DNA of 64,000 nt from Candidatus Hydrothermarchaeales archaeon (GTDB lineage: Archaea > Hydrothermarchaeota > Hydrothermarchaeia > Hydrothermarchaeales > JAZGAD01), in the NCBI GenBank assembly GCA_036444275.1, contig JAZGAD010000014.1, forward strand, positions 20,070 through 84,069, written 5' to 3'. Position 1 is the stretch's first letter. The number at the start of each line of letters is the position of its first letter. A program made the translations under genes and the position numbers. This document shows, in pieces, positions 1-11,200 of the stretch. The notes below the pieces were generated by a model. That model was not told the origin of the DNA and searched no databases. It was given only the letters and a program-made list of their open reading frames with translations.

Positions 1-1
1 C

Positions 2-2191
2 CTCCAGAATTGGTTGTCTGACTATCTCTATTACTGAAGGCAAATCTGTAGTAGAATTCGGAGGTGCATCATAGTTCGCCCAGTTCACGGTTGCATTTAT
101 CGTGTAGTTCCCAGCCGGCGTTCCAGCTAGCACGGTTATATTGAAGTAGCTCACCCTGAATTGGTCCTTTTCTAGGTTATTAAGTAGGAAGGGGAAGGTG
201 ACATTGGCTTTGAAGGTTGATGGGAGCGATAGGGTTATATTAGGCGAGTAGGCGGTGCCATTTCTGATGTTGGACACATTCGTCATCATCAGGAAGCTCT
301 GGTTGTCGCGTTGCGTCACGTTGTAGACTCTAACGGTGTCATTTGTGAGATTTATCTTGAGGGTGGTGTTAGTAGCTATTATGGTCCTGAAGTAGTCCTC
401 TCCGTAGCCGGTGTTGTTGTATTTCGAGGCATTGCAGGCAAGGATCCAGGGGTTATATACTATGGAGGGAGCTGTGAAGTTCACCGCATAGGTGCCATCA
501 TCGTTATCGGTTATGTTTTCAACTACCTTCGGGTCGGTCCCATTAGTATAGTTGCATGTTACGTTGGCGTTCGCTATCCATGTGGTGTTTATGTAGTTCT
601 GAACTGATACGTTAGCCTTCACTAGGCCGTCTATGAGGACCACCTTGGAGGAAGGTTGTATTATCGAGACAGAAACGCTGTATCTGTCGGTGAGATTGAA
701 GGTGGTGGAACTCAGGTTCAAGAGGTAGCCGTATTTGTCATATACCCTTATGGTGAGATTCCAGACACCGGTTTGGTTGGCGAGGCCGAAGGTGTAGTTA
801 GCGGTATAGTTGCCGTTCCCTTGGTAGTAAAGGGGTAAGACTATGTCATCGCTAGGATCTGCAGGGGTGCCCATGTCCAAGGTGGCGTTTGCAGAGGCAT
901 TAAGAGTGTGGCTATCATTCGTGACTATGCCAGTTATGTTAACAGTTTCATTTAGGTTGTAGACGGGGTATTCGGTCTGGGCTTCTACGATGACCTGCCA
1001 TGCATCTGGTGGACCGCGGGTTGTGATGACATCCTCGTAGAGCCTGTCTTTTAGCTCCTCGACTGAGGCGTGAGCCAATGTATCGGTTGATTTGTTGTTG
1101 AAAGAGACGACGGCGGTCGCAGAAACTGAGTCTACACTAAACCCGTTAAACCATATGTATATCCCTTTTAGTCCGAGTCCTACCTCATACTTATTCCCCG
1201 GCGTTCCACTTTCATTTAGATCTATCACTCCTAGACCCAGATTCGAAGTAGGATTGTATGCGGAGGCATAATATTCAGACGGAACACTTCGAAATTCAAC
1301 CGTCCCAAAACCTCTAACTGTATCTAACGCAGGGGCGGAGTCAGAGGACGCTCTAGTCTCACTACTACCGATCTTCGTGAGGTTGTGTTCGATCTTGATC
1401 CAAGGATTATTTTCATAAAAGGTATACCTCTTCTTCATTGCGTATTCGCCAGTTGATGTTGTTGTACCCCATATTTTCTCGTCTCCAATTTGCTCAACGA
1501 TTTTCCTGATTGAACCATTAACGACTAGCGTATAATTGTTCCCGAAGTCATACCAATAATAAGTGACAGCACCATCACTATACTTGATGTACTCCAGAGT
1601 ATCTTGGTCGGATGGAATGTCAAATATCAGATTTCCGTCCCTAAAGCTCGCATAGTATATACCCGAGGTATAATTCACGCTGCGATTAGTATCCACCCTA
1701 ATCTCCAAGAGGGAATTATTCACCCAGAATTCGTCGCTACTATTTGTATAGGTCAGCTGTGTGTTGTAGGTGGGAGCTTCTTTAGCTCCGTTTTCTATGG
1801 TGTCGAAATAGATGTAGTAGGAATACCTCGTGTTCTCGGGCCTCGTCCCGTTTAGAAGCCAGACAACCTCGCCTACCGCATTAGATGTGGGTGAATAACC
1901 ACTTCCCTGGTCGAATTGCGAGGGAATCTCGTACATGAGTTCCCCGGTGGATAAGTTGTATTCGAGGACCCTCGTCGAGTTCTCATCAAAGGTCCCGGTT
2001 ACATTGAGTGCGGTAAAGTTTATCCAGTGCTCAATAGGCCAATCCGTCCTATTGTACGAAGAAGTATTCACTGTTACGTTAACGCGGTAATGCCAAGAGT
2101 TATTCCACCATTTAACAGGTATAGCACTAGCTACCCCTACGTTTAGTACCCAGACTAATATACCTACTACTAATAGGGCTTTTCTATTCAC
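2..2191 (-). CDS. Large secreted surface protein, 5' part only (at least 730 aa, runs off the window); DUF2341-like N-terminus plus Ig/MG2-like domains; partial paralog of the giant protein
   Basis: Not in the ORF track. Manual translation from GTG at 2191 gives MNRKALLVVGILVWVLNVGVASA (signal peptide), then IPVKWWNNSWHYRVNVTV, TEYPVYNLNETVNITG (~960) and ...NGTAYSPNITL...GNYTINATVNW...QPILE at the edge. No stop in the stretches I checked (not every codon was checked). An in-frame TGA at 2219-2221 bounds the start. Confidence 0.88.
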   Translation of the reverse strand, partial: MNRKALLVVGILVWVLNVGVASAIPVKWWNNSWHYRVNVTVNTSSYNRTDWPIEHWINFTALNVTGTFDENSTRVLEYNLSTGELMYEIPSQFDQGSGYSPTSNAVGEVVWLLNGTRPENTRYSYYIYFDTIENGAKEAPTYNTQLTYTNSSDEFWVNNSLLEIRVDTNRSVNYTSGIYYASFRDGNLIFDIPSDQDTLEYIKYSDGAVTYYWYDFGNNYTLVVNGSIRKIVEQIGDEKIWGTTTSTGEYAMKKRYTFYENNPWIKIEHNLTKIGSSETRASSDSAPALDTVRGFGTVEFRSVPSEYYASAYNPTSNLGLGVIDLNESGTPGNKYEVGLGLKGIYIWFNGFSVDSVSATAVVSFNNKSTDTLAHASVEELKDRLYEDVITTRGPPDAWQVIVEAQTEYPVYNLNETVNITGIVTNDSHTLNASANATLDMGTPADPSDDIVLPLYYQGNGNYTANYTFGLANQTGVWNLTIRVYDKYGYLLNLSSTTFNLTDRYSVSVSIIQPSSKVVLIDGLVKANVSVQNYINTTWIANANVTCNYTNGTDPKVVENITDNDDGTYAVNFTAPSIVYNPWILACNASKYNNTGYGEDYFRTIIATNTTLKINLTNDTVRVYNVTQRDNQSFLMMTNVSNIRNGTAYSPNITLSLPSTFKANVTFPFLLNNLEKDQFRVSYFNITVLAGTPAGNYTINATVNWANYDAPPNSTTDLPSVIEIVRQPILE

Positions 2192-2227
2192 TTTCTCTGC
2201 CCCTGGGTCATTTGTTCCTCATCGGGT

Positions 2228-2273
2228 AATCCTAATGCGTTTACATAGACAATCCTAATGCGTTTACATGGAC
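2228..2273. repeat. Tandem 23-bp direct repeat AATCCTAATGCGTTTACAT(A/G)GAC x2, just upstream of the 2191 gene
   Basis: 2228-2250 and 2251-2273 differ by one base. Confidence 0.9.
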
Positions 2274-2608
2274 GGTTCCTAAACTCCCTTACGACCCTTA
2301 CTATGAAGCCCGCATATCCTCCTTATATATACCTTATCACCCGGGGCTATATACCTGGGCCACGCATCCGGCTTCTCCAAAGCAGGGAATACGACGCTGT
2401 CCAGAACCGGTAAAGCCCCAGTTATTTGTATCTGTGGATCAGATGAAGAACGGATTACATCCCCCATCTCTCCCTTTGGTCTCATCTTTGTTTATTATAT
2501 TCAACAAGGTTAGGCTTTAATTTTGGGTTACAGTTACGTAAACAAAAGTTACAAAAAAGTTACAATAAAGGCACCAAGAGCGCTGCTTGCTTTAGCTTGG
2601 GGGAGGAC

Positions 2609-3331
2609 TCACTCGGCCTTCCTGCGGCGCTTTTTCAATTTCTGTAGGGCTTCTACCCGTTTCTCTAACTCGACCAGTTTCAGCTCTCTACTCAGGGTCC
2701 TCTTGGAAAGCTTCTCAAAGTCGAATGTCTTTTCTTGGAGCTCTTTCTCCAGAATCTTTATCTCGGTCGTGTCCTTACCTATGCACTGGATTTCCAAGAG
2801 CCTGCCGTCGCTCTTTATGGCTGCGAGCTTCAACTCCAAGATTTTCTTGCCATACACCGTGTTTATCTCGGCTTCATAAGGGGGAAGGAATTCTGTCTTG
2901 CCCAACTCACCCAGCTTATCGAAGAACGTTCTGATCCCTTCAGATGAGAGGAACATAGCAAATGATTTGCCAATGACTTCTTCTCTTTTGTACCCCGTGA
3001 TCTTTTCGGCCTTTTTGTTGAAGGATATGATCTTCCCCTCTATATCCAGTGTGAAAACAAAGTCTCCGGTGTTTTCAAGGAGCTCGCGGCGCTTTTCTCC
3101 AAGTTCTTTTAGGATCCTTTGCTCCTTGCTCATACCCATGAATAACTTTCCCAGAAGCAAGCCGAATAAGAAGCCCAGAGCGATATGAAAAAAGATGCGC
3201 ACCGATGGATCGAAATAGCCCCCTAAAAAGTACCCCAGCACTTGGACAAGGACTGCTAAGGGGACGACGAGGAAGAACTTGCTCATGAGAGCCATTTTCT
3301 GCAGTTTCGTAAAGGTTTCTCTCAGCCCCAT
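2609..3331 (-). CDS. Membrane PAS-domain sensor protein (2 TM + PAS + C-terminal coiled coil, no kinase domain)
   Basis: Two hydrophobic helices, then LLENTGDFVFTLDIEGKIISFNKKAEKITGYKREEVIGK (PAS S-box) and CIGKDTTE (PAC end), ending in a SRELKLVELEKRVEAL coil. Confidence 0.85.
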   Translation of the reverse strand: MGLRETFTKLQKMALMSKFFLVVPLAVLVQVLGYFLGGYFDPSVRIFFHIALGFLFGLLLGKLFMGMSKEQRILKELGEKRRELLENTGDFVFTLDIEGKIISFNKKAEKITGYKREEVIGKSFAMFLSSEGIRTFFDKLGELGKTEFLPPYEAEINTVYGKKILELKLAAIKSDGRLLEIQCIGKDTTEIKILEKELQEKTFDFEKLSKRTLSRELKLVELEKRVEALQKLKKRRRKAE

Positions 3332-3382
3332 AAATAAGACATATCTCTGTTTGTTTATATCTTTGTCTACTTTCGTTTTGCA

Positions 3383-3440
3383 GTTGTGAAGCTTTCACAA
3401 CAATTTTTGAGTAAGTTAAGTCTTACTTCTCTAGAGTAAG
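3383..3440. promoter_or_regulatory. Palindromic operator-like sites between the PAS gene and the TA operon
   Basis: GTTGTGAA-GCT-TTCACAAC (3383-3401), and AGTAAG (3410) / CTTACT (3422) / AGTAAG (3435) inverted half-sites directly upstream of the antitoxin, as expected for TA autoregulation. Confidence 0.55.
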
Positions 3441-3459
3441 GATTATAAAAGGTGGTCAC

Positions 3460-3717
3460 ATGGCTGAAGTGGTAAGTGTTTCAAGCAAAGGGCAGATAGT
3501 AATCCCAAAAGAGATAAGGGACGCGATGGGAATAGTGAAGGGTGAGAAATTCGCTGTAATAAGCGATAGAGATGCAATACTTCTGAAGAGGCTCAAAGAT
3601 AGCGACTTAAAGAAGAGGATGTATAAGCTACTAGACTATTTCTCAGACAAATTCGGAGAAGCAGGCATAACAAAAAGCGACATTGAGAAAGAGATTGCAG
3701 AAGCACGGCGACGCTAA
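3460..3717 (+). CDS. AbrB/MazE/SpoVT-family antitoxin
   Basis: VSVSSKGQIVIPKEIRDAMGI..GEK AbrB signature; GGTGG RBS; coupled to the downstream PIN gene. Confidence 0.9.
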   Translation: MAEVVSVSSKGQIVIPKEIRDAMGIVKGEKFAVISDRDAILLKRLKDSDLKKRMYKLLDYFSDKFGEAGITKSDIEKEIAEARRR

Positions 3718-4124
3718 TGCTTAGAGTTGTTTTGGATACAAACGTTTTGATATCTGCTATTGGTTGGAGGGGACATCCCAGAAAGGTGCTCGCTCTCTGT
3801 ATAGACGGAAAATTAACCCTCATGCAAACACAAGAAATGTTGAAAGAGTTCGAAAGAGTTTTGCAAAGGGCGAGATTCACTTTTATACATGCAGAGAAGA
3901 AGCAAGAATTATTGCGATATTTAATAGACATTTCAATTAAGGTAACGCCAAAGGAAAACGTAGAAGTAATCAAGGAAGACCCCGACGATAACAAATTCTT
4001 GGATTGTGCTGTAGCCGGAAAAGCAGATTACATAGTTTCTGGTGATCGGCATTTGTTGAAGTTGAAGGAACACAAAGGCATTAAAATTGTAACCGCCTCT
4101 GGATTACTTAAGGTTCTAATCTGA
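3717..4124 (+). CDS. PIN-domain (VapC-like) toxin
   Basis: RVVLDTNVLISA ... DPDDNKFLDCAVAGKADYIVSGDRHLL PIN motifs; TAATG stop/start overlap. Confidence 0.92.
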   Translation: MLRVVLDTNVLISAIGWRGHPRKVLALCIDGKLTLMQTQEMLKEFERVLQRARFTFIHAEKKQELLRYLIDISIKVTPKENVEVIKEDPDDNKFLDCAVAGKADYIVSGDRHLLKLKEHKGIKIVTASGLLKVLI

Positions 4125-4999
4125 TAGTAGTGCATTGACGGTGAGGGTGAGAAAGGTAAAATACGGCTATCTGGCAAGTATATGTAATGTATAGCCCCTG
4201 AGGCTAAGTAGGCTAATTTGCACTTCTTCTTTGTATCTAAGATAAAGATTACATTACGCCATTTGGATTATCTAACGAATAAGAAATTTCGAAAGATATA
4301 TAAAATTCTAGTATTAACTAATATACTATCTATTTTTAAGCTTTTTTTAAATTCATTTTTAAAAATAGAATTAATTTTTATTATATATTGTAATTAAAGA
4401 CAAAATAATATTCTATATAATCTAAAACATATTTATTCTATCCCGATACTTGCATGCAGTGTTGCACTTTTCATGGCAGTGAATATTTATGCAATAGGTC
4501 TATGACAGAATTATATAGAGGACTTACAAAGTCCTCGGAATCCAATGTTGAAGGTTAAAGATTTAACACTTCATTATTAATACCGTAGTATACCACTGAA
4601 TCTCTTGACAAACTCGAAGGAAAAGGATTTGAGGCTTATTCAGTTCATAGTGCTTGAGGGTAGTGGAAAGGGCACTAGTCATTATAAAAAACTTTAACTT
4701 AGCTTCCTCTGCGGATTATGCCCGGTAGATTGACCTTTTTTCCCACTTGAGCATTGGATCATTTGCCAGCTTTTTCCACCTCGCGATATGTTTACATTGA
4801 CGTAAACCCTTTCACTGGATTCTCTTAGCATTTTCCACTGGAAACATACCTTTTGGCCCCTATAAGTGCTTTCTCAGCTCGTTTTTGATCCCAGAAAACC
4901 ATGTGCATATCTGCTCTAACGCGGTACGCTAGCGTAACTCTAAAAATATATACTTCCGGGACCAGAAGTATATCGAGATATTTGGAGCAGTTCGGTAAG

Positions 5000-5007
5000 T
5001 TATAAAT
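5000..5007 (+). promoter_or_regulatory. Archaeal TATA box of the wHTH-giant gene operon
   Basis: TTATAAAT ending about 25 bp before ATG 5033, consistent with a leaderless transcript. Confidence 0.5.
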
Positions 5008-5032
5008 ATGCACCATGTGGGGGGCAAGAAGC

Positions 5033-5254
5033 ATGCAATTATCCCGAGTCGATAAACGCATCATAAGCGTTCTAGTAGAAAAGAAGCCCAAGTCCCGTTC
5101 TACCTATCAAATCGCCAAGAAGGCCGGGATTTCTTGGTCTACTGCTATAGCGCACTGCTACAAGCTCAAGGCAGATGGAATAATCGATGGAGAGACAGAG
5201 AAACCGAAATTTGGAAGCAGAGACACAATAGTTTGGAGGAAGAAGAAGGAATAG
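5033..5254 (+). CDS. Small winged helix-turn-helix transcriptional regulator (ORF-track start 5015; 5033 preferred)
   Basis: DKRIISVL...STYQIAKKAGISWSTAIAHCYKLKADGII is an ArsR/AsnC-like HTH; ends 29 bp before the giant ORF. Confidence 0.8.
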   Translation: MQLSRVDKRIISVLVEKKPKSRSTYQIAKKAGISWSTAIAHCYKLKADGIIDGETEKPKFGSRDTIVWRKKKE

Positions 5255-5283
5255 GAGACATTTTTGGAATCTAACGTGGGAAC

Positions 5284-8200
5284 ATGAAGTTTAAACCTCC
5301 CAGTAGGATATTGGCAGCATGGATATTACCATTTATACTAGCTTTAGCTATCTTTAGTTCTTTATTACAACCTTCTAGTAGTATTACTATACTAAACCCT
5401 AATGCTCATCCAAAGCTAGGGGACAACTGGAGCATCCACTTTTCTACCACAGGCTCTGGTATTCTGGAGATCTACGACCACTCCTTCCCAGAGGAAGTCG
5501 AGTTCATCGGCTTGTACGCCGAGATAGACGATGAGTACAAGAAGGTCCAGGTGAGCATCAAAGGAGACTTGATAACTGCTAACTGGCACTACTCCTCTGG
5601 TGAAGCGATCTTCAAGGTTCTAACACCTCAGGAGCATTCTCTCGAGTTCAGGTTTGGAGAGCAGGTGGTCTATGCATACAACTTCGCTGACCTGCTTATC
5701 AACCTGACTGCTCCGTCTCAAGTCGCCAGGGGGCAGGTTATTGAGATTGGCGGTGAGGCAAGGAATCACGACTTGGCAGATGTCTCCTTGATCTATGTCT
5801 TGCCACAGGGCTTCGAGGTTGTTTCAGGCGAGAAGGTGAAGCACTGTGGAACCGGTTATCTTTGCGAGAGCAGTTTGGTTGTGGATACCTCTAAGGCAAA
5901 GCTTGGAGAAGGCGTAATAAAGCTCCAGGGATGTGCCTACGGCGTATGTGAGAGCGAGAGCATTAACATCTTTGTGGATCGGGTGCTGACTGAGAAGGGG
6001 GAGCCTGTGCAGGAAGAGGTAGAGGTAGGCAAGCCTGTGCGCTGGAGGCAGCACATCCAGGTTAGGAATCCCCTGCATGCTCCTGTTTTCAATTATTCTC
6101 TGCCCCTGCCAGAGGATGCGTCTGGTATTGCTGCGCCGGTTATTGAGGAAGTTAAGCCTGGACAGAAACTAGGCTTCGACGTGATATTCTACACCGGGCC
6201 AGTGGAAGTAGAAGAAGAAGATCGTAACATTTCCCTGCGTTCTCTGATTCCAAAGAATGCCTTGAACATAAAGATAGATGGGAAGGTAGCTGACGCGGGC
6301 GCTCTAGATATTGAAATACCTGCTAAATTGGTTCGAGTGAAACATAATGCTTCGTTGCACTACCGCGATATACCTGTAAGCATAGGCGTTTCAACGAAAG
6401 AGGTGACAGTATTCTATGATGCCAATGCCGGGGTGCTGGATGTTAACTCTGGTCAGCTAGAAGTTGTGGAGGGCGAGGTTTTGGGAGATCAGCTGACTTG
6501 GGTTGTGCCCAAGCTCTCTGAGAAGAGGTATTGGATAGCGCAGGTTCAAAGGACTCAAGGTAAGGCAGAAGTGAATAAGACTGTTGGTTGGACTCTGAAA
6601 GCCGGCGGTACAGTTGTCGAGTACGAGACGCCTGCGCCTGTTATGGAGGAGATACCGGTAGAGAATGGCACCCAGATGAGGGTTAAGAGCGATGTAAAGT
6701 ACTCCAATGTAACTGCAACGGCTAGTGTTCCAGAGGGAAAGAATCGCACGTTACGCGTAAATGGGAAAGGGGAGTTTAAGTTTGCAGATGTGCCGAGCTT
6801 TGAGGTTGAGGCTACTGAAACGGGCCATGCTCTCTATTGGCTCAATGGAAGTGTAGAGCTCTTCAACGAGAGCAGGGATGTAACTAGCGATTCCGCGCAT
6901 TCAGTTAGCTTCTTTGACGCTAACGGCAATGGCGTAAATGACAGCGTAACTTGGAACATACCCACCCTTTTGGAGCAAAATTACCTATTACAAGAGACAG
7001 CAAAGGTAGCGGAGATTCGAGCACGAGTCGAGGATGCCAAGGGCTATAGATTGCCGGTTGCTCCTGAGATCAGGCTTGTCGACGGGAAGTATAAAGTAAC
7101 GATCCCGCAGGGCAGGGGGGTAAAGCCTGGGTTATACAAGCTCGTCGTTGAATCGGAGGCTGGTGTAGAGGAGCTGTGGTTTAAGTGGGGACTGATATCG
7201 ATAAACACCAAGAAGAGTATGTATCATCCTGGCGAAGAAGCTGAGATACTAATGGTTGTACTGGACAAGGAGGGCCATCTCGTCTCTAACGCGGACGTCT
7301 CTTTTGTAGTTACTAATCCGATTGGTGTGCCTACGTTCTTCACGACGGACGATGGTTCGATCGTTGAAACTCAAAGGGGAATATACGAAGCAAGCTATCT
7401 AACTTTTCTGGAAAGCAATTATTCGCTCTTTGCCACTGCTAGTGCAGATGGGGTGGCAAGCACTATCAATTCATATTTCACAGTCAAGGAGTACTACGAG
7501 TTCGATATCCTAAGGGATACACCAGTGACCATTGATCCTCAAAGAGGACCCTTTGATTCCTCTATAAAGGTGGTTTCATATACCGATGCATCTACTTTCA
7601 CCCTGAGGGAATACTTACCGGCAGAATTTTCGATAGTTGATGCGGGCGGAGCTAAAGTTACTGTCGTCAACGACACGAAAGTATTGGAATGGAGCGATAT
7701 TACCAATGGTTCAAAGGTTAGCTACAAGTTCAACACTCCTTACATCTGGCCTTACCTCTACATGATGGGACCGGCGGAAGTGGAGTATGCTTCTGGCACG
7801 TTTATAGAGGCAAGGCCGTGGATGCTGGCGGTTGATCCCTCAACTTGTGAAGGTAATACGTGCTATGAATGGTTTGAGGATACGCCGGGATATAGTGCTT
7901 CTGATGGTAGTACAGAAACTTATGAATGGACACCTCAGTCGTGTCCTGGGACATTAAACTGTTATATCCAAAATATCACGGTTAAGTTTAGGTTTACGAA
8001 TCCATTTTCAGCGATCCGAACTGGGTTCGAAATCTATTTTAGCAACATGTCTGGGGGAACAACGTATTATTACCCAGCATATCATGGGGCACTAAGTGCA
8101 GGAGGCCAAGTTGGTCCACAGTGGGCGTGTAACTATACTGACAGTGCACAACCCTCAGGGTATTTAAATAACACCTGCAACTTAGCGCCGAGTGACGGAT

Positions 8201-11200
8201 TTAACAAAACTACCCATAATGTAACTCTTGTTGCGCCGGGTAAAACCTTAACAGATGTATTAAACATAAAATACAAATGGGTCTGGACTCCAGCAATGCC
8301 ACAATTGAGCGATGTAACCGTCACGCCTTCTTCCGCTGGTTGGGGAGCCCTCCGGAACTTCTCAGCATTTTACACAGACCCACAAGGCGACGCAGGCAAC
8401 GTGACATTGTTCGCGAAGACCTCAACTAGCGGCTCCTTCACCTCCAAAAATCTGACAGCCATCACAAACGGTACGACCGCGTCGATATTTTACCGTTTTG
8501 ACATCACCGACTTCGAAGCGCTCGGCGTCGGGTGGGAGTACAGGCTTAACGCATCTGACAATAATACTCCACCAAACTCCTACCTGACCAGTTCCTACAC
8601 ATTCACTGTCACCAAGGATGCCACCACCTTCCAGAACACAGAAGGCGACGGTGCCGTAATCAACCGCAGTGACTCTCTTCCAAACAATACTGTCCCTCTC
8701 TGGTCTTACATCTACGATATGGAAAATGAGAGTCTCGCACGTGCTAATTCCGCCGCAGGAAAAATAGAGGGGAGAATATGGATTAACAAGAACGCCAGCG
8801 CCGGATACGTGGGCACGGATGCCCACAGCGCAGAGACCGACAGTGATGGTAAATTCAAGGGCACCACAGAACTCTTCAACGCAAGCGGTTATTTCAACCC
8901 TGGCTGCACTTACACCACGGGTCAGCACGTCTGGTACGCTGAGACGCTGGCCCACACAAACTACACCCAGAACGACACCCTAGCCATCAACAGCGGCAAC
9001 AACTACACGCTTTACATCTGGGGGACCCTGAGCAACTCCATAACATCGCCAGATCCACCCGGCAAAGAATATACGGTAGGCGAAAACGTGCCTCTCTACG
9101 GCACAGTCTATGATGATTGCAGTGTCCTCGTAACAGATGCAAATGTTACCTTCCGCGTGTACAATGCTACCCTTGGAGTAGATGATAACCTAACTGCGAG
9201 CTACAACCCTCCCCAGAACCGCTACGAAGCTTCCTGGAATTCCACGGGAAATAGTACTGGCATCTACCAGGTGGAGATGATATCTAACAAGAGTTACCAC
9301 CCCGTGGACACCGCCCAGACGAACTTCACACTCGTGGAGCTGATAACACTGAACTGGACCGTGGTTCAGGGAAATGGCTCGATCAGCAACAGAACAGGTG
9401 AAGAGATTAACACCCTGGTAGTGAGGATAACCGATGACGCCACAAATCCGGTAACGAATGAGAACGCAACCCTCTGGATCACCTACGATGGGACCAACTC
9501 TATACAGAAAATCACCAACGAATCAAACAGCTCCGGATATCTCGTATATGATTTTAATGCGACCTGCGACCTCGATGTGGGTGAGCAGGAATGGAAATTG
9601 GTTATGCAGGACACAACCGAGTTCCAAAATCCGAACTCTTGGGATGATGGAAATGAGTATTACACGGATATATGGGGAACCACAACCCTTGATTTTGCTT
9701 ATCCAATTGCCGGAATCTATGATATGGGTGGCCTGATAAGGCATGAAGGCTACGTCTACGACGACTGTGGCAGCGAGCTTGACGGTGCGACGGTCAATTT
9801 CACCATTGTCGGGCCGTCAACCAGTCCATCTCCATATTACTGCGAAAACGTCGAGGCGCCTCTAGCAGGCTTATACAAATGTAACTCTACCGCGGGGGAA
9901 GGTTGGGACTCATCTGGAATGGACGAGGGATGGTACAACTCGACGATAAATGTATCCAAGAGTTACCACTACAACAACAGCGTGATAAAGACCAATGGAA
10001 CCCAGTCTCTCTTCAACCTCCGGCTTACACCACCTGACCTGTTCGACGCGGATGTCCAACCCAGAAAAGACGGCTGGGGCAAAAACTACACCTTCGCGGT
10101 TAACATCACCTATGCGGCTGGAAAAAACGTTAGCGTACTCCTGTACTATCAGCCCCAGTTGATGGAAGAAGAGCTTCTTGCATCCACCGGAAACTTTACC
10201 CTACCCTCATATACATATGCTGTCAACTTCACCGATCAGACCTTTAACTCGACTCTGGTTGATAAGACTGTCAAATTCAGGTATGAGATTAAATACTATC
10301 CACCCGGTCTGGGTGAACAGAGCGTCTGGACGACAATAACCGAGACGGGAGACTACAACCAGTCTAATACTACGGGTGTGGATGACAACGAGTTCTATTT
10401 GGAGAAGGATGATGTTCTCCTGAATTATTCTGCTGGGAATGAGTCCACCGCAAGCCTCCAGGTAGAAGCGACTTTTGTACTCCGCATCTGGGATATAACT
10501 CGGGGTGTCTGGATTAACGCGACCTCTACTTCTGTGAAGTTCAACGTAACTAAGAACTGGCCGAGTTCTGAAAATGTGACGGTGAATACTACGACGACGA
10601 ATGCGACTGGCTATGCTTTTACGGATTTCTTGCCTGACACGAGCTACAGCTCGGGATTGCAGAAATGGTTCGGATATATCCCGGATACTGATCCCTATTA
10701 CAAATTCAATGTCTCTGATATCTTTGATGTTAATCTTTCTATTCATCCACCGCAGCTCGTCAATGCCTCGGTGGATAAGACGACGGCTGGTTGGGGTGTG
10801 AATCGCACCTTCAGTGTAGAGGTAACTGATACTGTGGACAACGCCACCGTAAGCCTCTGGAAGACTGATACAAGTGGATTCGTAGCAGATACAAACTGGA
10901 CTTTCATAGCTGCGAAGAATTATACGGATGTCGGCAACTGGACGCAGCTTAACTTCACCACTAGCTTTTCACCGTCGGATATTGGGGGCTGGTATTACAA
11001 GTTCAACGCGAGCGACATCGCTGGAAACACCAATTATACTAGCGAGTCTTCCTATACTTTCACCGTCGACAAGGACGATGTTATCTTGGAGTACGTCCAG
11101 GGAGATGATTCCCCAGCGAATAGGTCTGACAATCAAATCGACCGCTTGATCGTAAAGGTGAAGGATGAGAATGGCTCGTACATCGGTAATCTTAGTGTGA

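Noticed and set aside
311-1855. Short plus-strand ORFs (311-607, 656-838, 1604-1855)
   Set aside because: Antisense shadows of the long minus-strand surface-protein frame; no motifs.
2228-2273. Possible mini-CRISPR
   Set aside because: Two abutting copies with no spacer and no cas genes.
2279-2485. 68-aa minus-strand ORF and an imperfect GGGGCT...AGCCCC hairpin (2343-2419)
   Set aside because: No recognisable motif, overlaps the probable promoter region of the 2191 gene, and pairing is too weak to call an ncRNA.
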